Source: Cyanidioschyzon merolae
Taxonomy: Eukaryota
Assembly (NCBI GenBank): GCA_000091205.1
Contig: AP006495.2
Direction: 5' to 3' (one strand)
DNA length: 64,000 bases
Shown piece after piece: positions 34,701 to 44,500 of this stretch; position 1 is the stretch's first letter; the number at the start of each line of letters is the position of its first letter. The notes below the pieces were generated by a model. The model searched no databases, was not told the DNA's origin, and saw nothing but the letters and a program-made list of their open reading frames with translations. A program made the translations under genes and the position numbers.

Positions 34701-35521
34701 GTTAGTGGATCCACAAACCGCATGCCCGAGTCCGTCCGCGTAATCACGAGCACTGGTTCCGCATTCTCTTTTTCAAGGGGCTGCTCCGAGTGCCTCTGAT
34801 CCGGGCGCGAGCCGATCCCAGTTGCACCGCCTCCAGCTGAGGTCGCATCATCCCATTTACAGCGCCTGCTTGCCTCGTCATCCTCGAAGGATATGCGACG
34901 GAGAAGCTCGCCATCCCGGAGCCGCACTGTAAACGCCCGAGTCTCGCGCCGTTGTATTGGAATGCCGTACGGCACCGCAGGTGCAGGCGCTGGCTGCGAT
35001 GGAAGCGGTTTGCTTACCTCCGCAACACGAGCGTCGCCATGATACGGCTCTGGGGACGGCACCGACTGGTCTCGATTAAGAGTGTTAGCCGGCGGTCCGT
35101 CTGTGCCCTTCCCGGAACGCTGGCGTTGCTGCGTCGACGCCGCTGCCTCCCTCCGCGCAAGACCCGACGTCGGGCTATGCCCTAGCTGGTCGTCGCTCTT
35201 GGCGCGTGTATTATACCCGCCATCCAAAGCCACAGGGTCCGTGTTAATATGCCACAAGGTTTGTCCCGACGGGACGTCCAGCGCGCGCACGGTACCGTCT
35301 AACAGGGCGGCGATGAGCATCGTTGGCCGACCAGCCCGCGAGCCAGTTGCACCTTGGGGAAAGAGCTGGTCGCCTGAGCTCAACTCAGAGTTCTTTCGTG
35401 TGGAGCGGTGCTGGCGAAAGGCGTCCGCTCCCAGCGTGAACAGAACACACTGCAGTACGATGGGTGTCAAGAGCAGCAGGGCGAGAAACGGGCGAAACCG
35501 CCCTCTCCGCGCACTGCCCAT
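31727..35521 (-). CDS. IRE1: IRE1-like serine/threonine kinase/endoribonuclease (ER stress sensor)
   Basis: A signal-peptide-like start MGSARRGRFRPFLALLLLTPIVL precedes a luminal domain and a TM helix (VLLVVAIFFAGIGPLALALALW). The kinase domain carries HRDLKPANVLL and a DFG-like ADVGLAK. The C-terminal KEN/RNase L-like domain carries HPFFWSDARKLQFLIDVSDA...LLRLARNKRTHYHQ...YFASRFPNLFMHVY. The ORF track extends to 35728; the signal-peptide Met is at ~35521. Confidence 0.8.
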   Translation of the reverse strand: MGSARRGRFRPFLALLLLTPIVLQCVLFTLGADAFRQHRSTRKNSELSSGDQLFPQGATGSRAGRPTMLIAALLDGTVRALDVPSGQTLWHINTDPVALDGGYNTRAKSDDQLGHSPTSGLARREAAASTQQRQRSGKGTDGPPANTLNRDQSVPSPEPYHGDARVAEVSKPLPSQPAPAPAVPYGIPIQRRETRAFTVRLRDGELLRRISFEDDEASRRCKWDDATSAGGGATGIGSRPDQRHSEQPLEKENAEPVLVITRTDSGMRFVDPLTGEASWNVTYADYEMYLLDEPAHYAGEFLAPFLFGRRVLAGESRCPARHMVSSDTLEESPLDPEDPQVPRAARPVQNKARYVAILADNGRFVVVRDADRGTTMWSAEFPYPILSLRAIGDIVLITDTAASSPVALPDGGTSDAVRATRHFWQWSRPVPLQSPDPPTTLRYRDEWQQMCLPPSAELYRKPRGMPQNAYSSFGTSVYDHAPVHGGVLLVVAIFFAGIGPLALALALWTIWRMRRTEREQRHSSERQRTPSPPPVLRRRETKRVMMMTGATQPRAARAQENDRSRGFERSSLVPKPVPIQRVERPRSVTDSATGSEAPLPTGYQKVGRLLISPNVIGYGSHGTSVYEGLLLPGYRRVAVKRLLKSFYQIARREIEVLIELDESCQHILRYYAMEESGDFIYVALELCAGSLQDRVERGELPATRCPLLDELSTEVDRRAAGPLQLGPPPATVRALRGLLLGIAELHDHGIVHRDLKPANVLLAIGSDDIVKIADVGLAKRLDAGRGSFTAGATAVGSVGWRPPEVLRGASLFEGLNSVHSETSAVDDARERAGDATACESMTHSENGGADAARPARLTRAVDIFSVGCITYYVLTMGSHPFGELVFQRDANILAGAADLSALRAWPEAFDLVRLAIQHEPERRPSAKALLGHPFFWSDARKLQFLIDVSDALFEHPDSRYLRQEIERGCESTVLGPLGNWSLRMDTSVLLSLRGRSYNGSSIVDLLRLARNKRTHYHQQPDAVKALLGPIPVEDDPMEVRSRDNAVNTSTLETTRAKASTNSNLYTYFASRFPNLFMHVYAFAIRTGLALSEHFQRYPSRELIQYYEHDESIFSLTTNTSTGPGESSTSAMPDSSSSSSSSSSSAEADVHTTASVVADERVPSTQTTLPSSRPMPGRRVYSRALFDRVRQEISENPGLSEELDASLLQLSGPHPLRRRSCEFFLASTVVNKPERDHGAEVDQALMRLPSLLAPVSSASWQSLAS
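32094..32119. repeat. (GAC)n microsatellite, antisense of IRE1, encoding a poly-Ser run
   Basis: gacgacgacgacgacgacgacgac; the IRE1 protein has SSSSSSSSSSSS at this position. Confidence 0.9.
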
Positions 35522-37088
35522 AGCAGTCTCACTGTTCGGTTCGTTACAGACAATCCTTCTGTTAGGGATTAAGAAACGCTCCCCAAAATCACCCACGTTG
35601 AGAAAGAAAAAAGAAAACTTGCCTCCAGAGGCTATGCAACGATAGCTTCTAGAGACGTTTCGAATGGTGGCATGGCCTCCGAACCGTTGTACCCCGTGGC
35701 AAGATCGAGTCTGTACATAATTATCCAAAAGTTGAAGGCGCTCGATACGCCGGACAGCGCTGCGCGGCGCTGCTACCGGGACACGTTGCGGCTATCGCGC
35801 GATCGCGTATCGCGTGACTGTCGATTGAATCCTTTTTGTCCAGATATATTCCTTATTTGGACAGAGCGATATGGACGCAGGTTGTTTTTTGATGGCAAAA
35901 CGCTGATATGGACCATGGATGCCAGTCTGGGGGATAGATATTGCAACAAATGAAAGCGCTCAGCAATGTTCACTCTCGTTCCGAGTTCCACGACGCACAT
36001 TTTCGCACGGCTATACTGGTCGCTTTGCACGTTCCCTGGTGCGCCGCATACTGGCAGTGAGCACCCGCAATAGAGCCTATGCTGCTCGTGCGGATACTGA
36101 ACGGAGACAGAGCGGCTTTGCTATATCAGTGGGGGTGTCGGCTCGATGCGTGGTGCATTCGACACGGAACCAGGGTACATTATCATTCTGGGGCCTGCCA
36201 GCTGCGAATGCAGACCCACTGCCTGTGGCAGCGCGAATTGATTCGCAGGGAGTCCTCTGCGACCAGCACGACGCCCAGAAGGAGCTTATCCGCTCCGAGT
36301 CCCAGAGTAACCCGCGTTTCGGACGAGTTGCGTAGACCTCACTACAGCACTAGGGACTGGGGGAAGCGTGAAGCACGAGCCCGGGAGACTCTTGCGGCTC
36401 GCGGGACCCTCTGCTTCTACGGTAAACTTTCGACCATACGGAAAGCTTTTTGCCCCTTTTGACGTTTATCGTAGAGAGGCAAAGACATCTTTATATCGTT
36501 GCTAGGTAGTAGTGAGTTTCAGTTCTACGTTCGATATAGTGCGGTCGGTTAGCGCTCCTCCGTATTCAGCATGCATGGGACACGACTCGCATGTCGTCGT
36601 TGAAGGGAAACACGATCCTAACTATTCGTTGACTTGCTATTCTACAGTACAAGATCTATTTGCGTGAAAGTCGTAGCAAAGTATAGCTTTCAATTCAATC
36701 GCGTGTCAAGCCTCAACTAAGTGTATTCAAGTGATTTTTTGCGGTTTATAGCAGAAGCGTTCAACGTGCGTTGTTTATCCAAAATTAAAAAATGGGAATA
36801 GTATAGAGAAGGAGGTGGAGGATCCTGCAGGCCGAGTGTCGCCGGCTGCCAGAAAAAAACGGAAAATAATGCCGAGTCCAGAAGAAAAGGAGGAGAATAA
36901 GAAGCAAGGGAGGGAGCCCCCGTAGTCAATGGCTGCACGAAAGACGACACTGCGACGACATGGTAGTCGAAGCCTGTCTTCCCAAACATATCAAGGATCC
37001 CTACAAGCAAAAGATGCGAGAGGCCATCAGAAGCCGTATCCATTCGTACTCCAGGTAGGTTCATAAGGTTTCTGGAGGACTGAATCAT

Positions 37089-38931
37089 ATGTTGAGGGAG
37101 ATATACGATGACGTTACGGACACCAAACCGGTCGAGGTTCCGGAAGAATTTTTCGACAAGACCTTTATTCGTCACCTGATGGTTAGAACAGGAGAAACGT
37201 CGGGGGGAAATGATGGAGTGCATGCACTCCACGAAAACTACGCAGAATACCACTCCAATGGTACTCGATACAGCGTTCACCCGTGTATTTACGAATACGG
37301 GGCGAAGAAGTACCTCACGAACCTGAAGAACCATATGACGATGAACCTCGAACGTTTCATGATACGCACCGTGTTTGCACTTTATCCGGGCCTGTCTTGC
37401 AATAGGATATGGGGCATCATCGAAATCATCTCGAACGATCGTCAACATGAAGATGAGATCGAATTCGTCGACAAGAAGACATCACGCAGGAGAAAGAATG
37501 AGGATTCTGTAATCCGTACGGTTATGCAAGAGCACCGTGCGGTACTGGGCTGGCGAATCCAACAGACAAGATATCAGAGTTGAAAAAAGATAAGGAAAGA
37601 TACTATCGCCTCGTCCCGCGCCATGTTGTGTTTCTGGACCGAGAACTCGAACGCAAGGCAGAGGTGAAGCTGGGTGAGGAAAACAATGAAGAGTGGGAGA
37701 AACGGAATGCAGTCCTAATGGCGAAGCGCTTCAACGTGGTTCCAATGTGCAAGATCAAGTCACATTTTATGACTATCGACTTCGGCGTCCTTTACGGCAT
37801 AATGAAGGAGATCAGTCCGGAGTTCAATGTTAGTAGGGAGGAACTCTCCGGTGAAAACCGGGATACGTACAGTAAGAAGAATATCTTCTATTTCAAACGT
37901 CTCAAAGTGAGCAAACAAAAGGTATTTGCTGGGTTGATCGAAATCGATGGAGTAGTCATGTGTGTACACTATCGGCGGTTGACGAAAGATCGTCCAGTCC
38001 CGCCCTCTGCTGCGCCCTCGACGAAGCATGAAGAAAACGAACAAGCGGATCCTGCGACCGAGAAAGTGCGAGGTACCGACTTTGACGTTGGCACGGACCC
38101 CGGCAACGCAAATATCATAAGCATCGCAGAACCCAAGCGTGCCGTGCGGAAGATGGTATTGACGGTAAATTACGTCGGAAAGGCATGCGTCTTTTGACAT
38201 CCTCGAGAGCAAGATACTATCGAGAATCGGGAATCATGAATGCGAAGAACAAATTCGACAAATAGAATTCAGGAATGAAAGAACACCTGGAAGCTTTGAG
38301 CGAGGTGACAAGCCGAGGAGCGGACTTTGAAGCTTTTCTGAAATTCGTGGAAGTTCGCGTTGCTCATTGGGATGCGCTATGGAAAGAGTACACCAAGCCC
38401 AGTTGGGCTCGTCTGCGTATGAATCTATACGGTGGGAGGCAGCGGGCGATCGCGAACTTTTTCAATCAGTTGAGCGCCTTGAAGGAGAATGAAAGTCAGA
38501 AGCTTGTTGTAGCATACGGAGCAGGGCGCTGGAAGACCCAAAAGGGGTGTATGCCAGCTCCGACGACGAGGGTGAACAAGGAGTGCGCAAGGCGTTTCAT
38601 TACGATACCCGTAGATGAGTTCCGAACATCGTATACACACCATGAACTGGGGTGTACATTTCAAAGAGTGGAGCTGGAAAAGTGTCAATGGAGCCCTGAG
38701 GAAATCGCAAAGTACGGACTGCTGACGGAGGAGCAAAGGGAAAGGAGGGCAAAAGTTCAAGGGCTACTCGCACTGGTGAGTACAACCAGTGACGGCAAGA
38801 AACGTATGGAGTTTGTGAACCGAGATTTTAACGCCGCTCTCCATATACGGAGATGTGCGGTGCTGGAGGAAAACCCCCAGAGTAGACAAGAGGGAATTTT
38901 GATGGAGAACCTCTCAAGTCGAACTATATGA
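37089..38931 (+). pseudogene. TnpB/Fanzor-like RuvC nuclease ORF (copy A), split into three frames (37089-37583, 37580-38197, 38275-38931)
   Basis: RuvC-I-like [19 protein letters not shown] is present. The zinc-finger region IPVDEFRTSYTHHELGC...C follows. The RuvC-III motif KKRMEFVNRDFNAALHIRRC is present. A frameshift relative to copy B lies at AEPKRAV/EDGID. Confidence 0.6.
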
Positions 38932-39090
38932 GAAAAAATTGGAAGCAGTAGTAGGTGGCCGGTCCAAAAAAACTGGGAGGCGTCTGCACGTCAGTTGGAG
39001 ACGTTTTGTCTAGGGCGCGTTCACCGCCACTACTGTACACCGTTGGCGTCGTTCGAGTGCGAAAGGCGTTTGCAGTTGGCTTCGTCACGC
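38932..39090 (+). ncRNA. Candidate guide-RNA (omega-RNA-like) scaffold / right-end block of the TnpB-like element
   Basis: The ~150 nt immediately 3' of the ORF stop is the best-conserved part of the element across A, B and C (gcagtagtaggtggccggtcc ... ggcgtctgcacgtcagttggag ... gtctagggcgcg ... gccactactgtacacc ... ggcgtcgttcgag). The internal complementary arms cagtag..gtggc / gccactactg can form a ~10 bp stem. Confidence 0.35.
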
Positions 39091-39652
39091 ATCCATACAT
39101 ATTTGCATGTACAGTATACGTACGCGAGCAAGGAGACAGAAATGAGCGCTGCTGTGTACTTGTATACATCCGATAACGCTTTAACGCATGCATGTATTTG
39201 CATGTAGAAGTATATGCAGGCAGGCAATGATGTAGATATGCATCCATGCTTTCAAGCATGGGCTTACATGCGATTCTTGTATATACCGCAGATCCCAGGC
39301 GAAGCGATGCCTTTCCGTGAGGTTCTCTAAGACGTCAAGCCGCGCGATCCCCGTGCATCACAGCTGTTCCTACGTGGCATGAGAATACCGTCGAATAGGG
39401 GTCTATTTTCGTTCTTCTTTCGTATCATGTGCGAATGAATAATACCTCGTCTTTCTGTGATGCTTTTGAGAAAAGAACGTGCAGCAATACTGAAACAGAA
39501 GGCACGCGCATGCCGCACGCCAAACCGTCAACTTTTCTCAGTACCCTGGTTTCCCGATATGACTTTATGATTCGATTCACAGAGATGGAGCTCTGTGTCG
39601 AGCGTCAGCGCCAACGTTGGGCAACCGGATCACACTCGAGAATTATCACTGC

Positions 39653-41425
39653 TCACGTGATCTCGTATGCTCCCACAGGAGATAGCGTTGCCGGCGTCGC
39701 TTCTGAGGACGAACGTGTTCGGCTGGATTCCCAGCCCAGAGGTTCCACAGTTACCGGGTTGTAGAGACTCTCCGGTTTCTGCCGCGTACCTAGACGCCAT
39801 CCAAGCCAAAAAATTGCCACGCATCCGAGAAAAACTAGCACGCCGCTGAGTACACCTAGGATGAACACTACACCCCATTTGCGCCGAGCGGTATCCCTGG
39901 CTATATAGTCGGGTGTGTTCGTCACCGTAAGCCAGTCGTTCTTAGACGGCCGACAAGCTTCCGCACGGATCTCGCTCGAACGTGCAGACGAGGATCGTTT
40001 TGAGACAAGCTCCATGAATCGTCTTAGTGTACATATCGGTTCACAGCCCGGGAGCTCGAATACCTCCCAATTATACCGCACGACGACGTACCACTTGTCC
40101 AGCGCCTCCCGAGGCATGAAATCATCGGAGCGTTGCTGCATTTGGGGCAGTTGTTGCTCTCGTTGTCGTTGTGCATTTGGTGCGGTACGTATATCGGATG
40201 TGCTTATGGCTGCGCTTCCCGCTTTAAGAATGCCATTCGGAGGCTGCTTGTGAAGCTCACGAAGCTCCACGATAATCGTGGAACCGAACGGCGGTGCTCG
40301 TTCAGGATGCATACCGAGCACTGCCAGCAGGGCTGCCAATGTCGTGTCGTGCCCAGAGAAGAGCACGAACTTCTCCGTTCGAAGGCCAGCGATTTTCGTC
40401 CGCAGCAAGTTCAGTATATGGAGTGCCAAGGGACCACCCGTCAGATTCGCGGCTTCCGCGCTCCGGTAAAGGTCCGCAAAGCAGAATCCATAGAGGGTTC
40501 GAACTCGTTCGCGGACCGAGTGATTCACCTCGGGAGGCAGCTCGATACCCTGCGCTGCATCGCATTCCCATACATCATAGGCAGTCGCAACATCGTCCAG
40601 CGTGGCTGGTCGACCTAGCCCCATAATATTTCTGCCGAGGTATTCCAGCCACAGCTGATTCGCGGCCTCAAGCTCCCTCCAGGCCCCTGATAGACGCGTT
40701 TGCATCTTGAGTTCCTGCCAGCGAGCGCACCCTACACCAGGCAGCATCATAATATCTTGAGACGTCTCTATGGTGTGCACAGGTACTGGCTGGTACTGCA
40801 CCCTTGTATCTGATGTGTTGGTATAAAAGAGCCCCAGGAGTTGATTCGTAGCCGAAACCAGGGCCCGATCGATATCACTACTGCGCACATGCACGTCCAC
40901 CACGTTGTAGCGCACCGGCAAGAAACCGTCATAAACATAGCGGAGTATCCTACCTAGTTCAAACTGCTGATGGATACCGATCGGGGTGAGCTGGCCGATC
41001 CCCTCGGGCCACTTGTGGTATGGCAACGGGTCACGTGGGTATGTCCCGAGCGGAACGCGGGCGCCGTGTCGACAAACCTCAATAATCATGATCAAAGAGG
41101 TGTTCTGGTTAGCCGCCAGCACCTCCTCGCGTACCCTGTGTGCCCAGAGCGGGGGCCAGGACTCCACACGCCGCGATGCGAGTCGTTCCAGGGGGTCGGC
41201 TCCGACAAGTCGTCCACTCGATCGACTGCGTGTACTGTTGGCGGTGAGCACTGCTTCCAAGCTGCTCCGAACGTCCAAGTCACTCAGGGCTCGCTGTCTG
41301 CCTTTCGGGTTACTGCTATTTGGAGACTCGTCTCCAGTGGGTAACCTCACGAGGGGCCCCGTCCTTCCGAACTCGCCAACGAGCAGCACCAACAGTACAC
41401 CGAGAGCCAGTAGTCTGAGCGTCAT
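39653..41425 (-). CDS. Membrane-anchored histidine acid phosphatase
   Basis: N-terminal signal peptide is present. The RHGARVP histidine acid phosphatase signature (CRHGARVPLGTYP) is present. A C-terminal TM helix (VVFILGVLSGVLVFLGCVAIFWLGW) is present. Confidence 0.8.
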   Translation of the reverse strand: MTLRLLALGVLLVLLVGEFGRTGPLVRLPTGDESPNSSNPKGRQRALSDLDVRSSLEAVLTANSTRSRSSGRLVGADPLERLASRRVESWPPLWAHRVREEVLAANQNTSLIMIIEVCRHGARVPLGTYPRDPLPYHKWPEGIGQLTPIGIHQQFELGRILRYVYDGFLPVRYNVVDVHVRSSDIDRALVSATNQLLGLFYTNTSDTRVQYQPVPVHTIETSQDIMMLPGVGCARWQELKMQTRLSGAWRELEAANQLWLEYLGRNIMGLGRPATLDDVATAYDVWECDAAQGIELPPEVNHSVRERVRTLYGFCFADLYRSAEAANLTGGPLALHILNLLRTKIAGLRTEKFVLFSGHDTTLAALLAVLGMHPERAPPFGSTIIVELRELHKQPPNGILKAGSAAISTSDIRTAPNAQRQREQQLPQMQQRSDDFMPREALDKWYVVVRYNWEVFELPGCEPICTLRRFMELVSKRSSSARSSEIRAEACRPSKNDWLTVTNTPDYIARDTARRKWGVVFILGVLSGVLVFLGCVAIFWLGWRLGTRQKPESLYNPVTVEPLGWESSRTRSSSEATPATLSPVGAYEIT

Positions 41426-41576
41426 CGGACCGTGCTAGCGAAAGCAGAGCGTCCTAGAGACGACTCCACAGCGCTTCACCGTGTACTGAGTGTCGAGCCT
41501 ACAGGCCACTTGAACTGTAGTGTTCACGTGGCTTCTCCGTTTTGCCGCATCGTCCGGCACCGCCCCGGAATAGGCA

Positions 41577-44500
41577 TTGCTGCAAACGGTACGTCGTTTC
41601 ACGAGCACTTGGGCGTTCGTTGGATATCGTCGGAGCTTGCCAGCGTGTTCAGGCGCATCTAGTTCCAGCCAAGCGCTGGGTGAGCGTAAGGTACGCCCTG
41701 CGCTTTACCCGCTCGCCGTACGCTGTTCCATGGTGCTTCTACACATTATCGACGGAGACGCAGCCCCAGAGGTCGGGCCTGCAACAGAGCGACGACGAAA
41801 AGCGAACACCGCAAAGCGAGCAAAGCGACGACAGTCGAAGGATCACCCCGCACCACTAGAGGCTGTTGGTGATCCAGAGAAGCGTGCAACGTCCGGAAGT
41901 GCACTGGAGGCACGGAGCAATGCACGAACTCCGAGAGCAACCGCGGTTGTCGCCTCGTGCACAGAAGTTTCTCGCCAGAGCGCCATAGCAACTGTTGAAC
42001 AGCAGCCTTCTGCCCTGCACTCGGGTGCGCTCGGTTTAGACTCTGATTCTCATGCACGAACGCCGACTGGACTTACTGCACCAGGTACAGGTGTCGAGCC
42101 TCACTCTGATCAAGAGCGTTTGCACGCTACGATATCATCGAAGGGCGCTCCAAGCGCAACTGGACCGCTAGGTGTTGCCTCATTGGCAGCATTCGTCGGG
42201 GCAACTTGTCGAGGCAAAGGAACTCGAGCGGGCACAGCGGTTTGCATCGGGACCGAGCGAAAATCCGCACGAAGGCATCGGAATACCGCCGGAACCTCGG
42301 GCGATGGTACCGTATTGACCACCAATGCTCATACCACTGCACGAAAGCCGAAGCAATCTACCAGTTTGAACCGATCCCCGCCACAGAAGGTTGATGGAAA
42401 CGAGTCGAAATGCGCTGCTGTTTTGGCATCAGGTACCGAAGGTCTTGCGGTTCAGGAGCACGCGCGGCACAACCATTCACAGGGTGTCTCGCTTGCACAA
42501 GTAGAGTTCCGAGCGCTTCCGCTCGATCCTTCGCTGTGCTATCACGTCCAGCATCGACTTGGCTGGCAACAGCCAACCAGGATTCAACAACGGGCAATTG
42601 ATGCGCTGCAAAGTTCAGTGCAGAGGTCCAGTGATCGGCCTACGTTGCCTTTATGGAGTATTCGCGCGCACACCGGTACCGGTAAGACCGCAGCATACCT
42701 GTTACCAATAATTCACTGGATGCTACAAAAGCACCCACGAATGGAACGCTCTTATGGAACGGTTGCCGTTGTTCTGGCTCCGACGCGGGAGCTCTGCGTC
42801 CAAATCGAGGACATGGCTCGTGCGTTCCTGCGCCCATATCACTGGCTTGTCGCTTCAGCGTTTGTCGGCGGTGAGAAACGCAAATCTGAAAAAGCACGTC
42901 TGCGTCACGGTACGAATCTGGTTATCGGCACACCGGGTCGATTGTGGGACCATCTCCAGCAGACCTCCAGTTGGCATTTGGAGCATTGCGAGTGGTTCAT
43001 ACTCGATGAGGCGGATCGGATGCTCGATCTAGGCATGGCAGATACCGTTCGATCTGTGTGGACTGAAGTCTTGCAGCGACATCGCAGCGGTAATGCGACG
43101 CGATCCGCAACTGCTCTCAATGGGACGAGCGTCCCGGTGGGTCCGTTACGAACCGTGTTTGTATCTGCTACGATGCGTTCAGAGCATGTGGAAAAGCTCT
43201 GCGAGATATGCGCTCTCGATAAGCTCGCTGACGGAGGTAACGCTCCAGCAGCGACAATGCAGTGCATCGACGACGACGATGCTGCTGCTGCTGCTGCTTC
43301 TACTACAGCGGATACGCGTCATCGTGCTGCAGTCGCAGTCGATGCTCATGCGGTTCATGAACGCACGGGTCATGGCGATTGCGAGCAAGCAATAGAGCGC
43401 GGGGATGAGACGCGCCTGCTCGTGCATGCGGCCTCGAACTTGTACTCTAGAGCACGGCGGAGCACGCAGCTCGACGCCTTACCCGGAGACCTGTCCAGCA
43501 GTCCTATCCTGCATTGCTTCCGCCTGGTGCCGACACGCTACCGCCTTGCTGAACTGGCCTGCGTCCTGCACGCTTTCGGCAACGGCGTCCTTCAGCGGGC
43601 CCTGGGTCCTTTGCTACCTTGCACGGACGAGTTCATTCGACCCGAATCAAGGAAAGCGCTGGTATTCGCATCGACGTGCGCGTCAGTGGACTTTCTTTAC
43701 GAACTCTTCCGACAACTGGGGAAGAGGCAAGAGCCGCTGTTACCAGAGGAGCAGGCTGAAGTATCCCCACCAGAGCCAGTTCTCAATTCGAACGGTTCCG
43801 CCTATTCAACAGGTCTTCAATGTCAGCTCTTTCGCATTCATGGAAGTATGACGCAGACGGAGCGTATCCGAACTTTTCGTGCTTTCCGAAAAATGCTTTC
43901 AACGCCTTGTCTTCTGTTTTGCACCGATGTTGCAGCGCGTGGTCTGGACATTGCGGATCTCTCGCTCTCCGTACACTACGATCCACCGACTAGCGACGGC
44001 GACCAGGAATACTGGCACCGCGTCGGTCGCACGAGCCGTATGGGTTCGGTGGGCGCTTCTGTGGTCATCCTCCAAGAACACGAGTCCGGTTACCTTTCAT
44101 GGATGGCATCCAGGTACGGCTTCGAGTGGCGATCGCTTCCCTGCCTCGCACAACAGGTGCAAGCACGTGACGGCATTCGTTCGATGTCGGGCTCCAGGGA
44201 GGCTGGTGGTGCATTTGGCGAGGCTCACCACAGCGTCCGAGCTGAGACCTATGCCGCCCATCAGTCGTTCCTACAGGAAATTCGGTACCTGGTGGAGACT
44301 GTGCCCTCTCTGGAGCCACTCGCTAGAAAAGCTTTTTCAAGTTACGTGAGGAGCTATCGAACCCATTCCCGGGATATGCGGCACATCTTCGATGCTCGCT
44401 GCCTTCATTTGGGCCTTTTGGCGGATAGTTTTGGTTTACGTGTCGTGCCTCGGTTTGCAGGTGCAGACCACGAGCCTCCATTGACCAGGATGCCGTCGCG

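Larger units (their letters stand above)
35750..39090 (+). mobile_element. Copy A of a ~3.3 kb interspersed element encoding a degenerate TnpB/Fanzor-like RuvC nuclease
   Basis: It is 70-80% nucleotide-similar over its full length to copies B and C, in inverse orientation, and to fragments D and E. It has three parts: a ~1.3 kb conserved 5' non-coding region, a ~1.85 kb ORF region, and a ~150 nt conserved 3' block. Boundaries are approximate (+/-100 bp). Confidence 0.6.

Noticed and set aside
36079-36462. Short ORFs within the conserved 5' region of the element (also 35919-36335, 15518-15832, 56608-56796, 56873-57121) as a possible second protein
   Set aside because: Copies are conserved at the nucleotide level, but the same frame translates to unrelated peptides in different copies. 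No transposase-like motif was recognised. They are treated as non-coding or decayed.
39100-39300. AT-richer, purine/pyrimidine-alternating stretch (tacatatttgcatgtacagtatacgtacg...) downstream of copy A as a possible terminal repeat
   Set aside because: I found no matching inverted or direct copy at the other element end or in copies B and C. It is probably flank sequence.
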